From an uncultured Gammaproteobacteria bacterium (GTDB lineage: Bacteria; Patescibacteriota; Patescibacteriia; UBA1558; 2-01-FULL-52-15), in NCBI GenBank assembly GCA_964422585.1, contig CAYRBH010000003.1, positions 11,397 through 75,396 on the forward strand: a DNA stretch of 64,000 nucleotides, in the 5' to 3' direction. This document shows, in pieces, positions 27,166 to 37,797 of the stretch (positions are counted from its first letter, which is position 1; the number at the start of each line of letters is the position of its first letter). Both the position numbers and the translations under genes were made by a program. The notes under the pieces are model-generated. The model had not been told where the DNA came from and searched no databases. It saw nothing but the letters and a program-made list of their open reading frames with translations.

Positions 27166-28896
27166 ATGCGATTACCGATTTCATATGATGATCTGAAGAC
27201 GCTTCTGTTTAACCAGAAGTTGATTAGCCAGTCTGATTGGTCGAGTGCCGAGAAAAATGCCAATCGCAGACGCCGTGGTATCGAAGAAGTACTCATCGAG
27301 CGTGGTTTTTTTACCGAGATCTACCTGTTCGAGATGATCGCGAATGCCCTGAAGATACCCTATATTAACTTGCGCACGGTAAAGATAGAAGATGATGCTT
27401 TCAAAATGCTGCCAGAGGCTGTGTCGCAGACGACCAAGTGCATTGCTTTTGCTAAAGACGCGAAGAAAGGAACAGTCAAGGTCGCGACCATTGATCCGCT
27501 CAATACGGAAAGTTTAACAGCAGCGCAGCAAGCGATCGGTCAGACCTGCGAGTGGTACCTCATGAATGACCGGAGCTATCGCTTCGCGACGAGGTTCTAT
27601 AACACTGATCTCAAAGAAGATCTGCTGAAGATCATCAACCAGCATATCCAAAGCGTGCAGGGTAAGGCGATCGGTCTGGACCTGCCGGTCGTGAAGATTT
27701 TTGATACCTTGCTGGAGTATGCCTTGCTCGAGCAGGCATCGGATATCCATATCGAGCCACTGTCTGATGCCGTGTTGGTCCGATTCCGCATCGACGGAGA
27801 GCTGGAAGATAAGATCGAACTTCCTATTTCACTGAAAGACGCCCTTATTGCCCGTATCAAGATATTGTCTGACCTGAAAATTGATGAACATCGGGTGCCG
27901 CAGGATGGACGCCTTGGCTTCAAGATCGATGACCTCGAAGAGTCCGCGCGCGTGTCCATTATTCCGACACTGTATGGCGAAAAAGCAGTGATGCGTCTGC
28001 TATCCGATGAAATGCAGAATTTCACTTTGCAAGATATTGGATTTTCGAAGAATAACCTTGATCTCATACTACGGAATATCAAGAAGCCATTCGGCATGAT
28101 ACTGGTGGTGGGTCCGACCGGCTCTGGTAAAACGACAACCTTGTATGCGGTCCTTAATATTTTGAATACTGAGGACGTGAATATCTCAACCATCGAAGAT
28201 CCCATAGAATATGGCGTGCGCCGCGTGAATCAGACCCAGGTCAACACAACCGCAGGCTATACCTTCGCAAATGGTTTGCGCTCATTACTACGGCAAGATC
28301 CGGATATCATCATGATCGGAGAGATCCGTGACGGTGAGACAGCGCAGATAGCGGTCCGTGCTGCGTTGACCGGGCACTTAGTGCTCTCGACCCTGCATAC
28401 GAATAATGCCGCCGGCGCCTTGCCACGCCTCCTGGATATGGGCGTGGAGCCATTTCTTACGGCCTCGACGGTCAATATTGTCATTGCGCAGCGCTTGGTG
28501 CGCCGCATCTGCATCGAATGTATCGCGAGCTACAAACTGTCCTCGGTCGAGGTCAAAGCTTTGTCGAAAGAGTATGATCTCCGTGCTATAGTCGGGCGTA
28601 TGCAAAAACTAGGTGTCGTCGATAAGAAAGTAGAGAATTTCTCGAGCCTGCCATTCTATAAAGGTAAAGGGTGTACCCGTTGCCACGGCACTGGGTATAC
28701 TGGCCGTGTCTCGGTTACCGAAGCTTTGATCAACAGCCACGCGATACAGCAAGCTATTATCAAGAATATGTCATCAGAGGATTTCGAAGCGATCGCGCTA
28801 CAAGAGGGGATGATACCTATCTTCGATGATGCCATGCAGAAAGCATTGCTTGGTGTTACGACATTAGAGGAAGTCTTAAGAATCTCGCGAGAGTAA
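27166..28896 (+). CDS. pilB: Type IV pilus assembly ATPase (PilB/GspE family)
   Basis: ASDIHIEP, PQDGR, GPTGSGKTTT, TIEDPIEY, LRQDPDIIMIGEIRD, TGHLVLSTLH, two CxxC. Confidence 0.93.
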   Translation: MRLPISYDDLKTLLFNQKLISQSDWSSAEKNANRRRRGIEEVLIERGFFTEIYLFEMIANALKIPYINLRTVKIEDDAFKMLPEAVSQTTKCIAFAKDAKKGTVKVATIDPLNTESLTAAQQAIGQTCEWYLMNDRSYRFATRFYNTDLKEDLLKIINQHIQSVQGKAIGLDLPVVKIFDTLLEYALLEQASDIHIEPLSDAVLVRFRIDGELEDKIELPISLKDALIARIKILSDLKIDEHRVPQDGRLGFKIDDLEESARVSIIPTLYGEKAVMRLLSDEMQNFTLQDIGFSKNNLDLILRNIKKPFGMILVVGPTGSGKTTTLYAVLNILNTEDVNISTIEDPIEYGVRRVNQTQVNTTAGYTFANGLRSLLRQDPDIIMIGEIRDGETAQIAVRAALTGHLVLSTLHTNNAAGALPRLLDMGVEPFLTASTVNIVIAQRLVRRICIECIASYKLSSVEVKALSKEYDLRAIVGRMQKLGVVDKKVENFSSLPFYKGKGCTRCHGTGYTGRVSVTEALINSHAIQQAIIKNMSSEDFEAIALQEGMIPIFDDAMQKALLGVTTLEEVLRISRE

Positions 28897-28907
28897 TTTG
28901 AGATACT

Positions 28908-30101
28908 ATGGCAGACGCAGTAGCTACAGTGGCAAGTCCCTTACAACCTTTGCGCAAGCAGCAAGGGGCGCTCTCATCATTGCCCACGCCGGCAGAGAAG
29001 GAGCAGGCCGCGCAAGTCGTGAAGCGTGAATCGCAGCGCAAAGAGAAGAAGCCGCTTATTTCATTCGGTGTTTCGCAGAATGAGAAGATATTCTTCATCG
29101 ATAATCTTGCGACCATGCTGACCGCGGGCTTGTCATTATCATTGTCATTGCGCACGCTCTCGACCGAGACCAAGAACAAGACGATGAAGCGCGCCCTGCG
29201 TTCGATCGAGCATGTTATCGACAATGGACGCCAGCTTTCCGATGGATTGGCACAGCATCCTGAAGTGTTCCCGGCTTTATTCATCGCGGTCATCAGAGTA
29301 GGAGAGGCTGGCGGCACGCTGTCCGAAGTGCTGCAGCGGCTTGCTAGTATCGCGAAGAAAGATAAGGCGCTGCGTTCGAAGGTTGTCAGTGCCCTTATTT
29401 ATCCGGCGATCGTTGTCTGTGCCATCATCGGCATCGTCACGATTTTAATGCTCTATGTCTTCCCACAACTGATTAGTATTTTCAAAGATGTCGGTGCACA
29501 ACTGCCATTGCAGACCAGGATACTCATAGCCACTGTGCATTTCATGCAGACAGATGGTCTCTATGTCCTGATAGCCCTGATACTCATGGGTATACTGCTG
29601 GTCTGGTCTCGTAGGATTAGATCAGTACATCGGTTCTACTATAGTCTGCTCTTACGCATTCCTTTCATAGGCAAAGTGGCTCAGGAGTTGGCATTGACCC
29701 GCATCCTAAGCAATATACAGATGCTGATGATCTCAGGCGTGCCGATCGTGCAGGCCTTCACCTTAGGCTCGAAGACGGCGGGGAACTTGGTCTATGAAGA
29801 TGAGCTGCTGCGGATCTCGAAGAAACTTGAATTAGGAAATGCCCTGCACGCAGTACTCGCGCAGCGGCCGAATTTGTTCCCGTCGCTCATGGTTACGATG
29901 GCGAAAGTCGGAGAAGAAACCGGTAAGCTCGACGAGATCATGGGTAAACTGGAAAACTTCTATGGCAATCGAGTCGAGTCAGTATTCGGGAATCTTTCGA
30001 CCATCATCGAGCCGTTTCTACTGCTCGCTATCGGCGCGATGGTCGGCTTCATCGCGGTCTCGGTGATCCTGCCGATCTATAATTTAGCGCAGGCGTTCTA
30101 A
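28908..30101 (+). CDS. pilC: Type IV pilus platform protein (PilC/GspF family)
   Basis: GEAGGTL, ALIYP, GEETGKL, IIEP, ILPIY. Confidence 0.93.
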   Translation: MADAVATVASPLQPLRKQQGALSSLPTPAEKEQAAQVVKRESQRKEKKPLISFGVSQNEKIFFIDNLATMLTAGLSLSLSLRTLSTETKNKTMKRALRSIEHVIDNGRQLSDGLAQHPEVFPALFIAVIRVGEAGGTLSEVLQRLASIAKKDKALRSKVVSALIYPAIVVCAIIGIVTILMLYVFPQLISIFKDVGAQLPLQTRILIATVHFMQTDGLYVLIALILMGILLVWSRRIRSVHRFYYSLLLRIPFIGKVAQELALTRILSNIQMLMISGVPIVQAFTLGSKTAGNLVYEDELLRISKKLELGNALHAVLAQRPNLFPSLMVTMAKVGEETGKLDEIMGKLENFYGNRVESVFGNLSTIIEPFLLLAIGAMVGFIAVSVILPIYNLAQAF

Positions 30102-30110
30102 ATCGGCAGC

Positions 30111-31538
30111 TTAGAGTTCTCTCCACGTTATAATGTCATAGGCCGTCTCTGTCGCAGGGAAGAATGGCGGCGAGAAATACAGTAAGTTCGCGTCATAGGT
30201 AATGACGCGATTTTGATATCCATTGCCATCGCTGTACCGTGTGCCATAGACGCCGTTCGAGGCGATCAGGCCGAAGAGCGTCAATGACTGCCGAGTATCA
30301 TAGGGCGCGCAGTAGGCTGAAGGATAGTAGTAGCGGCCCACCCGGCCATTTTTCGCTACCAAGGCGGCGTCAATGGTTAAACTGTCGGCGCTGACCAGAC
30401 CGGTATTCACATTATTTTGAGCGATGATACCAAGTATATCTTTGCCATCATAGTTCGTATAGGTCAGATTATTGTTGATGGTTACATTCGCGTAGGTGGC
30501 TGGGTTTTCAGGGAAGCGGGCAGCCCCTATGGTCATGCGCGCAGTGTTGATCTGCCCATCGACCCAGACATCGTCTTCGACGAAAAGCGCTCCATTGGCG
30601 GGTAGCGGGATATTGTTTTGGAACGCTTCCGTAGAAATGCTCCAGGTCCCCCAGCCAGACTGATTTTGCGTATTGGAACAGTTGACCGAAGGAGGGGTCG
30701 TAAGACCGGTGACCTTATAGACATCGATCGTATCATTCGTCTTCAGGACCAGGTGATATCCCAAAGCGCCAGAGCTTGGTAAGTAGGTCCCACCTGATTG
30801 CGCATTTGTCTTAATGGTCGCGAGATCCTTCGTGATCCCGGCAAAGTCAAAGGCTGGCACAGGGAATTGTCGTCCGCCAGGGAATACATCGGGCCGTGAG
30901 GGCACTGCGGCTGGCGGCAAGGGATCCACTGGACTTACATGTGTGTGTACCGCGAATTCATTCGGGCCGGAGTGACTCGGGTCATCATAGGTGCTGAGCG
31001 CGCTCGTAACTAAGCCATTAGCGACACCATCGAAACGTATGCCGCCATTGGCATGGATACGTCCGGTGACGGTTACATTCGGCGCGAAATAGAGATTCGT
31101 ATTGCCGATGACAGCATATGAAGCGAGCGAAGGCTGGCCGAGAACGACCTCGACCGTGCGATTCGCAGTCGAGTCTCCATCGACCTTGCCAGTTGACTTG
31201 ATGGTCGCGGTATTGAGCCCAGTGGGAGGCGGTGTGATATCAAGGGAGTATTCTCCGATACGGTTGCCCGCAGCGTCATAGTAGGTATGCACATAGGGAC
31301 CTGCATGCCCGGTGCCGTCCTGGAAGTCAGTGGGATCATGCGCGAGTCGCCAGCGATAGTACTCGATGCCTGATTCGGCGATATTGATCGACACTTCTCG
31401 ATTATACTCATGCTTCGCGAGGCGGAGGTTCCCGCTTGCCCAGGTGATAAGCCCGCCTATGAATATGAAAGAAAGAGCGGCGAAGAGCAGGACTTGGATG
31501 AGTATAGAGCCTTGTTGATGGTACTGTGTCTTGCTCAT
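30111..31538 (-). CDS. PilX-like minor pilin
   Basis: G|SILIQVLLF (no E5), IAESGIEYYRW, C-terminal TYDANLLYFSPPFFP...WRE. Confidence 0.8.
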   Translation of the reverse strand: MSKTQYHQQGSILIQVLLFAALSFIFIGGLITWASGNLRLAKHEYNREVSINIAESGIEYYRWRLAHDPTDFQDGTGHAGPYVHTYYDAAGNRIGEYSLDITPPPTGLNTATIKSTGKVDGDSTANRTVEVVLGQPSLASYAVIGNTNLYFAPNVTVTGRIHANGGIRFDGVANGLVTSALSTYDDPSHSGPNEFAVHTHVSPVDPLPPAAVPSRPDVFPGGRQFPVPAFDFAGITKDLATIKTNAQSGGTYLPSSGALGYHLVLKTNDTIDVYKVTGLTTPPSVNCSNTQNQSGWGTWSISTEAFQNNIPLPANGALFVEDDVWVDGQINTARMTIGAARFPENPATYANVTINNNLTYTNYDGKDILGIIAQNNVNTGLVSADSLTIDAALVAKNGRVGRYYYPSAYCAPYDTRQSLTLFGLIASNGVYGTRYSDGNGYQNRVITYDANLLYFSPPFFPATETAYDIITWREL

Positions 31539-32140
31539 TTGTTTTCCAGTGTCCGTATGCTTGCTCGCGTTTCTAAAGTTCGCGGGTCCTGACCAGGAGT
31601 CTTGCTGTCAATACTCAGGTTCATCTCCACGAGGCGGACATCAGAGGGCAGTACTGGTTGCGCCAGGGGAGGAGTTGAGGTTGAGCCGTTGAAGTTCGTC
31701 CCATAGTAGATAAAGTAGGGTGGTTGTGGCAGGACATTCTGTGTCAGGGTGGTGACCGCTTCGTGGGAAGGGTCATAGGTGAGCGGCTGTCCGCTCGGCA
31801 GGGTAACGCCTCGTTTCAGAGCTCCTGATTCGACCGAGTATCGTATCTTTTCGACGACGCCGGTGCCGTTCTTATCAGTATAGAAAGAAACGGTGCTATC
31901 AGTCGTGCTGGCCAAGGGAAAGCTCCCATCGCTTGGTTCTTGCGCTGCCCGCAGCTCGGACGTGAAGTTGCGCAGTATCGTCAGCGACTGTTGGTCAAGC
32001 GCTGATCGATTCCTCGCCAACTGACTATTGCGGAAAATACTGATCTGCAGGACCGTGATCACGACCATGATCAGTCCAAAGATACCGATGGAAGTAATGA
32101 CCTCAAGGATGCTCATGCCGCGGTGATCGTCGCGCATCAT
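31535..32140 (-). CDS. PilW/PulJ-like minor pilin
   Basis: Class III signal G|MSILEVITSIGIF; ELRAAQ. Confidence 0.85.
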   Translation of the reverse strand: MMRDDHRGMSILEVITSIGIFGLIMVVITVLQISIFRNSQLARNRSALDQQSLTILRNFTSELRAAQEPSDGSFPLASTTDSTVSFYTDKNGTGVVEKIRYSVESGALKRGVTLPSGQPLTYDPSHEAVTTLTQNVLPQPPYFIYYGTNFNGSTSTPPLAQPVLPSDVRLVEMNLSIDSKTPGQDPRTLETRASIRTLENK

Positions 32141-34887
32141 TGTGGCGTCAGTTTAACAGTGAGCATCTGCCACCCTGCTTTCAGAGTCTTCGGCGTGACG
32201 GAGGTGGTGTAACCAGTCTTCGACACCGTGATGGTGTTCGAGCCGGTCACCACATCGTTAAAGTATACTTGGCCTGAAGGCGTGCAGGCATCTGCGAAGC
32301 TGATGGCGATATCTGAAACATTGGGTGTATAGGCGGTGTTCGAAGTGCGAAGGTCAATGCGGTAGCGGATATAGCGGTCGCCATTATGTATCGGATTCAG
32401 GGTATGATTGCTTGGCGTATAGTAGGTGCCTGGGGTGCCATCCGGACCGAGGAAATTCCAGGTTGTCGTCGGGGTATCGGTCTTGCTGCTTGCGATCTGA
32501 ATGCGGACAGGATCTGTGCCGGTTTGGCTCGGTTGGCCCTCGGGTGTTACTACCAGGTGATAGAAGTTCGTCGGGGCAAGGTTGTCGAATATGGACGAGA
32601 TGATATAACCACTCGAGGCATAGACGCCGCCATTCTGTTGCAGCTTCAGCTCTCCTGCAGGATTGGTCGTTCCTTCATTGCTGCCGCTGGAGTAGCGAGT
32701 CGCATCGCTCCAGTCAGTTTGACCTGCGCCTCCTGACCAATCAGTCTGCTGCCAATTGCCTTCGCCGGTCTGCAAGGTTTTACTGTAATTCGTGCCCTGC
32801 ACCTGGACGCTCGCGCCCTGTACTGGTTGTTGTGTTACCGCATCCACGACACTGACGAGCAAGGCATTCGCTGTTTTCGGCTCAGCGATCATTGAGAGCG
32901 ACTCGGTCGTATTCGGGGATATCTGCATCGGTAGCGAGGGTAGACTCCCGGCTAAGTAGTAGAGCGGATCGGTGATGCTGGCATTGTAGGTATCCCATTC
33001 CATATTCGGAAGTGCCAGTGTCCCATTTGAGTCTGTGGTCAGGAAATGATCGTATTTTAGCATGTCGGGCGCTTGGCCGATGAGTTTCGCCCCCGTCAGC
33101 TCGAAGTCAACATTAGAGCGAGCACTGCACACTTGATTTACCGTCTGAACATTGAGCGTGCTCAGTGTGTCTATGGCGAAGCTGATCTGCGTGACCGCGT
33201 CCGCGATGACCGTCGCGTCTGGTTTGAGGGGGTTCGGATTATTCGGATCGCCTATCGGGTAGGTTTGATCAGTGGAGTAGCCGGGTTTAGTAACGGTAAT
33301 ATGGTATGACTGTGAAGCTGGCGGCACATCAATGATTGTGAGTTGACCCTGGGCATTCGTAATATCATTGAAGTCGAGCGTCGGGTTGGTCGTCGTATTG
33401 ACGATATTCACCTGAGCGTCCTGCACAGGCTGTCCTACGGCATTGAAGACTTGGACAAGCAGCGCGCCGTTGCCCGCGGTCGTTTCGAGTCGCTTCGGAG
33501 CTATTGTGGTCGTGCCTTTGAGGCTGGTTTTGAATTGGCATGAGGTACAGGTGACTTGCACTTCAGCCAGTTTATAATCGGCCGGCGAGGTGTCGCCGAT
33601 GCTCGGATTGCCAGTGATGAGTAAGTTGAAAATGCCCGTTCCATAGGTAATGCTCGATTTATTGTCGATGCTGATGGCATAGCCAGTGGCCTCGACAACT
33701 TGCGCCCCATTACCGATCGCGATCAACCCGTCATTGGCATAGAGTATGCCACGGAAGCCGGTCGAATTATTGATCTGTATGGCTGGTGCTCCGGCGCTTT
33801 TTGAGGTGTTTGTGGTGATGAAGAGCGAGTAGCTCCCAGCGAAAGGGTTGCATTGATTCTTCTGGCTATTGTACCCTTCAGAACCACAGGCGGCTGTATT
33901 GTTATTGATGCTGATCGTACCGTCCGCGATGATCACACCGCTCGCGCTCGAGTAGCTCGGACTCAGGTAGATGCTCCCGCTATTAGCTAGGCTGATATTA
34001 CCCGTCACCCAGAGCGTCCCGGTGACCACGAGTTGGCCACTGCCGGTCACGGTGATATTGCCGTTAATTTTTTTAGGCCCGAGAGATACTACTTGGCCAT
34101 TGCCGATTGTCACTGAACCACTGCTGCCAACAGCAGCAGCCTCGTTTTCCCAGGTGGTTATCTGTGAATTGGGAATGGGAAGGTTCTGCGCTGGTGTATC
34201 AGGGCTATTCGGATGTTGTGAGCCTGCCACGGTCGAACTCTGAATACTTTGGTAATACGCATCGCCGCTGATAGTAGCATTCTGAATACTATGAGCATGA
34301 GCGTCTCCCGCGACTTTCATGGTGTTCAAAGTGTTGGCATTTGCCACCCACACATCGTCGGTTACATTCGCTTTATTATCACCAGTGACATTTCCGTTCG
34401 AGAAGACCTTCCCGAATACGGTCGCGGTATTGGTCATGCTCAAACCTCCATCGCCAACTTGGGCGCTGAAGGGGAAACGGACATCATCGAGATTATTGCC
34501 AAGCACGCCGTCGAACGGATCGTCGACATTGCGAATGATGGTCTGCACCTCATAGGTATGGCCATTTCTGACGACGGTTTTATCAGGATCCAGCGAGCCA
34601 TTCGGGATACTATTTTTCAGGCCCAGCTGGGTAAAGGGTATCGCATGGATGCTCTCAAGCTCTTCCTGCAGAATAGAGTTTGCGGCCGTACGTTCGGATG
34701 CTACTTGCACGAAGCGCAGCACTGTCGTATAGGCAGAGAAAATAACAACGCCGACGATGGCGAAGACCGTTACGCCTACGAGTATTTCGATCAAGGTGAA
34801 GCCGTTACTGCGTCTCGCTTGAGAGAAAGCCTGACACTGGCCCTCCTGTCGATATATTTTTTGTTTTAGTGACACAAGAAAAGCCAT
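32137..34887 (-). CDS. Giant PilV-like minor pilin with beta-rich and carboxypeptidase-regulatory-like domains
   Basis: G|FTLIEILVG; GQPVQDAQV...TVTKPGY; PVQGASVQV; ITVSKTGY. Confidence 0.85.
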   Translation of the reverse strand: MAFLVSLKQKIYRQEGQCQAFSQARRSNGFTLIEILVGVTVFAIVGVVIFSAYTTVLRFVQVASERTAANSILQEELESIHAIPFTQLGLKNSIPNGSLDPDKTVVRNGHTYEVQTIIRNVDDPFDGVLGNNLDDVRFPFSAQVGDGGLSMTNTATVFGKVFSNGNVTGDNKANVTDDVWVANANTLNTMKVAGDAHAHSIQNATISGDAYYQSIQSSTVAGSQHPNSPDTPAQNLPIPNSQITTWENEAAAVGSSGSVTIGNGQVVSLGPKKINGNITVTGSGQLVVTGTLWVTGNISLANSGSIYLSPSYSSASGVIIADGTISINNNTAACGSEGYNSQKNQCNPFAGSYSLFITTNTSKSAGAPAIQINNSTGFRGILYANDGLIAIGNGAQVVEATGYAISIDNKSSITYGTGIFNLLITGNPSIGDTSPADYKLAEVQVTCTSCQFKTSLKGTTTIAPKRLETTAGNGALLVQVFNAVGQPVQDAQVNIVNTTTNPTLDFNDITNAQGQLTIIDVPPASQSYHITVTKPGYSTDQTYPIGDPNNPNPLKPDATVIADAVTQISFAIDTLSTLNVQTVNQVCSARSNVDFELTGAKLIGQAPDMLKYDHFLTTDSNGTLALPNMEWDTYNASITDPLYYLAGSLPSLPMQISPNTTESLSMIAEPKTANALLVSVVDAVTQQPVQGASVQVQGTNYSKTLQTGEGNWQQTDWSGGAGQTDWSDATRYSSGSNEGTTNPAGELKLQQNGGVYASSGYIISSIFDNLAPTNFYHLVVTPEGQPSQTGTDPVRIQIASSKTDTPTTTWNFLGPDGTPGTYYTPSNHTLNPIHNGDRYIRYRIDLRTSNTAYTPNVSDIAISFADACTPSGQVYFNDVVTGSNTITVSKTGYTTSVTPKTLKAGWQMLTVKLTPQ

Positions 34888-34924
34888 ACGATAATGGCTT
34901 TAGTATACCAAGTTTTGACTGCTT

Positions 34925-36286
34925 TTACCAAGATTTGGTATGGCGCGCGTTCAGTGCGACGACAGTATTGGCAAGGTAGATGGTGCCAGCAAGGAACAGC
35001 ATCCAGAGCGCGCTGAGATCATTCTTAAAATAGGGAACATCGACTAAGCCGTGTATCACTATGACCAGCCAGGCGCTCGCAAGTCCCCAGGCAAGAGCTC
35101 GGGACCTGCCGGAGACAAGGTGAGCGCTCAAGGTGGTGCGCAACGTATTGCATATAACTATGAGCAACCATATGAAGGCGATAAGGCCCAAGATGCCCAA
35201 CTCTGTCCACGCATTGAGGAAGATGTCATGCGGATAGAGGTAGATCTCGAGGAATGTGTACTGGTGATAGGGAGCGAGTGCCGCTTGATAATTCGCGAGG
35301 CCGCCGCCCTGGAATGGATGATCACGCAGCAGACGAGCTGTTTCGCGCCACTGATTCACGCGTATCTCTAATGAGGTTGACTTCAGATCAAGATGATTTT
35401 GCGAAATATTCGTCACTAATGCGGAGAATTTTTTCGTCGCAGGAGTGAGCAGCAGGAACGCAATGATCGTGAGTATAGTAATGATAGATAAGATCACACG
35501 TAGCCTGCCCACGCGGAACAGCGCTATCCACGCGACGCATGCAATGGCAAGCACGGCGCCGATCGTCTTTGCCGCAAGTATCGCGATCAGTCCCCCGGTT
35601 ATCACGAGTAGCGCATAGAGCTGTTTCGGCATGCTTAATTGTCGGGTGAATGAGCCGATATAGTAGGCCACGATTGGTGCTATGAGGAGGCTCGACGCAT
35701 TAGGGTAGCCGAAGATGGTAGTAACGCGGCGATAGAGCGGGTCTGCCCAGAATGCATTCGCGATGCCGTGTCCGGTGATACACTGGTAGCTTGCTATGGC
35801 TGCGAGGAACAGTGTCAGCGCCCCGAGCGCATCCATGATCTCGTCGAACTCGTCATGTGTTTTAACCTCATAAGCCATGACTATGAGTAGCATCAGGGGT
35901 TCGATGAAGTATGCCTTCAGAATGCCGAAGGCTTCTGGCTGGGCTGGCGACAGAGAAGCTGAGATGCCGGCACTCAGTATGAGGAGTATCAATGGCCAAC
36001 GGAAAGCGGTGGGTATGGCATTCGTTGTGTCTTTCTTTTTCCAAAACGCAAGGTGCAAGTGTCGCCATGTTTTATTCTGTATCAGCCATATGCCGAAGAG
36101 TATGAATATGAAGAGTTCCAATGCGGTCACAGGAATGCCCGCAAGAGTGAAGCGTACCAGATAGCTGGGCAACAGCAGAGCTATCACAGCAATGCCGGAT
36201 AGTATTCTCCTCCAGCTCAGTATCCCGAAGAGCAGGCATACGATGAGCATTTTAAGGCTTATGAGACTTACCGTCAGGAGCTCCAT
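34925..36286 (-). CDS. O-antigen ligase / O-oligosaccharyltransferase family protein
   Basis: RVTTIFGYPNA, HPFQGGGLANY, YPHDIFLNAWTELGILG, HGLVDVPYFKND. Confidence 0.88.
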   Translation of the reverse strand: MELLTVSLISLKMLIVCLLFGILSWRRILSGIAVIALLLPSYLVRFTLAGIPVTALELFIFILFGIWLIQNKTWRHLHLAFWKKKDTTNAIPTAFRWPLILLILSAGISASLSPAQPEAFGILKAYFIEPLMLLIVMAYEVKTHDEFDEIMDALGALTLFLAAIASYQCITGHGIANAFWADPLYRRVTTIFGYPNASSLLIAPIVAYYIGSFTRQLSMPKQLYALLVITGGLIAILAAKTIGAVLAIACVAWIALFRVGRLRVILSIITILTIIAFLLLTPATKKFSALVTNISQNHLDLKSTSLEIRVNQWRETARLLRDHPFQGGGLANYQAALAPYHQYTFLEIYLYPHDIFLNAWTELGILGLIAFIWLLIVICNTLRTTLSAHLVSGRSRALAWGLASAWLVIVIHGLVDVPYFKNDLSALWMLFLAGTIYLANTVVALNARHTKSW

Positions 36287-36287
36287 A

Positions 36288-37718
36288 TTAGCCGGTTATC
36301 AGTTTTTTTAATTCATCATGTGGTACGGTGTGGAAGAGATAAACAAAGGAAGCATAGCACAGGAAGCTTATGCTCACGACTAGCAGCACAGGCAGCAGTG
36401 GTGTCAGTAGCCAGGTGAGTATTCCCATGCACAGACTGGCGATACAGATTTTGCCTAAGGCAAGCCACGGAATGCGCAGGGTTACCTCTTTCCTAATGAC
36501 GAGCCACGCGCTTAACACTATCATAAGTTCGCTGACCACAGTCATCCACGCAGCGCCCCAGTAATTGTAGATGGGTATCGCTATTAGATAACCGATAAGA
36601 CTCACGACCGCGGTCAAGAAAAAGAATTTTATCATTTTTTTCTGCCGTTCGACGACCAGCACCATATAGGTATAGAGCGTACCGAAGAAAATACATAAGG
36701 TCGCGAGCATCAGAACGCCTAGCACTGGTCCTGAAGGAGCAAAGGCATTTCCAGCGACCAGGGTCATGATATTCGTACCGAGTAACACGCCCCCGACAGC
36801 CAGTGGTATAGTCAGGCTTGCGAAGAAGATGAAGGCTCGCTCCCAGATACCTTGCAACTTGGGTATATCTCGTGCTACCCAGGCAGCCGTCAGGAGCGGT
36901 AGAGCGAGTCCCATGAACATATGCGGGAAGGCGGTGATGATCTCTAGAACTTTATATGCTGCTCCATAGATGCCGACACTTTCTTGGCTCTGGGTCAGCG
37001 ACAGGATGATCGTATCAGCTTTGAAGTAGACCAGGTTCAGGACGATCGTGACAGCGATAGGCCAGGTCTTCAAGACCACTTCGCGCCAGTAGGCAAAATC
37101 GAAGGCTAGTTTGAGCTTCACCGGCCGTGGTAGTATCGTCAGGGCAAACCATGCGGTCGCAAAGGTCGCGACACCTATAATGGAGAAGCTGATATATATG
37201 CCGGTGAGCCCGAACTGTCCTGCCACGACAATGTAGACGGCGACCAGAGACGCTATTTTATTTAGCACATTGATGATGCCGATCGAGACCATCCGCAGCT
37301 GCTTTTGGAACAGGGCGGTCACGGTCGAGATGAGCGATGCTGAGAGGAATGAGATGGCAAGCAATGCCGCGCCGTGACGAATACTCGCGTCGTAGGGAGC
37401 AAATCGTATGAGTCCGAGGGCTGCGATGAGCAATACAGTGGTAGAGATCAGGCGGATCGTGAAGATATTATTGCTGATGCTGTCCATCCGGTCCCCATGC
37501 GCCGCGATCTCGCGGAGCAGGGTGAGGTAGAGACCGAAGTCAACGATCGTGATGAAGAACTGTAGTAACGCATTCACGGTCGTGAACTGACCGAAGCCAG
37601 CAGGCGTCAGATAGCGTGTGATAAGTCCTAGGGTCACGACCCCGACGAGTATCTCAACGATGCGTAGCGCTGTTTGCGCTACGGTGGTCATTGCAATTGC
37701 TTTGCTTGTATGTGCCAT
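36288..37718 (-). CDS. Polysaccharide/oligosaccharide flippase (Wzx-like)
   Basis: TRYLTPAGFG, DFGL, YFKADTIILS, VGIYGAAYK, GAAW; many TM. Start at ATG 37718. Confidence 0.9.
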   Translation of the reverse strand: MAHTSKAIAMTTVAQTALRIVEILVGVVTLGLITRYLTPAGFGQFTTVNALLQFFITIVDFGLYLTLLREIAAHGDRMDSISNNIFTIRLISTTVLLIAALGLIRFAPYDASIRHGAALLAISFLSASLISTVTALFQKQLRMVSIGIINVLNKIASLVAVYIVVAGQFGLTGIYISFSIIGVATFATAWFALTILPRPVKLKLAFDFAYWREVVLKTWPIAVTIVLNLVYFKADTIILSLTQSQESVGIYGAAYKVLEIITAFPHMFMGLALPLLTAAWVARDIPKLQGIWERAFIFFASLTIPLAVGGVLLGTNIMTLVAGNAFAPSGPVLGVLMLATLCIFFGTLYTYMVLVVERQKKMIKFFFLTAVVSLIGYLIAIPIYNYWGAAWMTVVSELMIVLSAWLVIRKEVTLRIPWLALGKICIASLCMGILTWLLTPLLPVLLVVSISFLCYASFVYLFHTVPHDELKKLITG

Positions 37719-37726
37719 AGAGTACA

Positions 37727-37760
37727 AACTATGCTCATCCGAGCAATGACGAGCATAGTT
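37727..37760 (-). terminator. 13-bp hairpin between the DUF4116-like gene and the flippase
   Basis: Minus strand AACTATGCTCGTC-8nt-GATGAGCATAGTT, followed by TGT. Confidence 0.45.
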
Positions 37761-37797
37761 GTTATACCACGAGTTTTGGATTCTGTGGAAGATGCAG

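Noticed and set aside
27597-28205. 202-aa minus-strand ORF and similar nested ORFs in the track
   Set aside because: Antisense shadow of pilB; the same applies to the other ORFs nested in well-supported genes.
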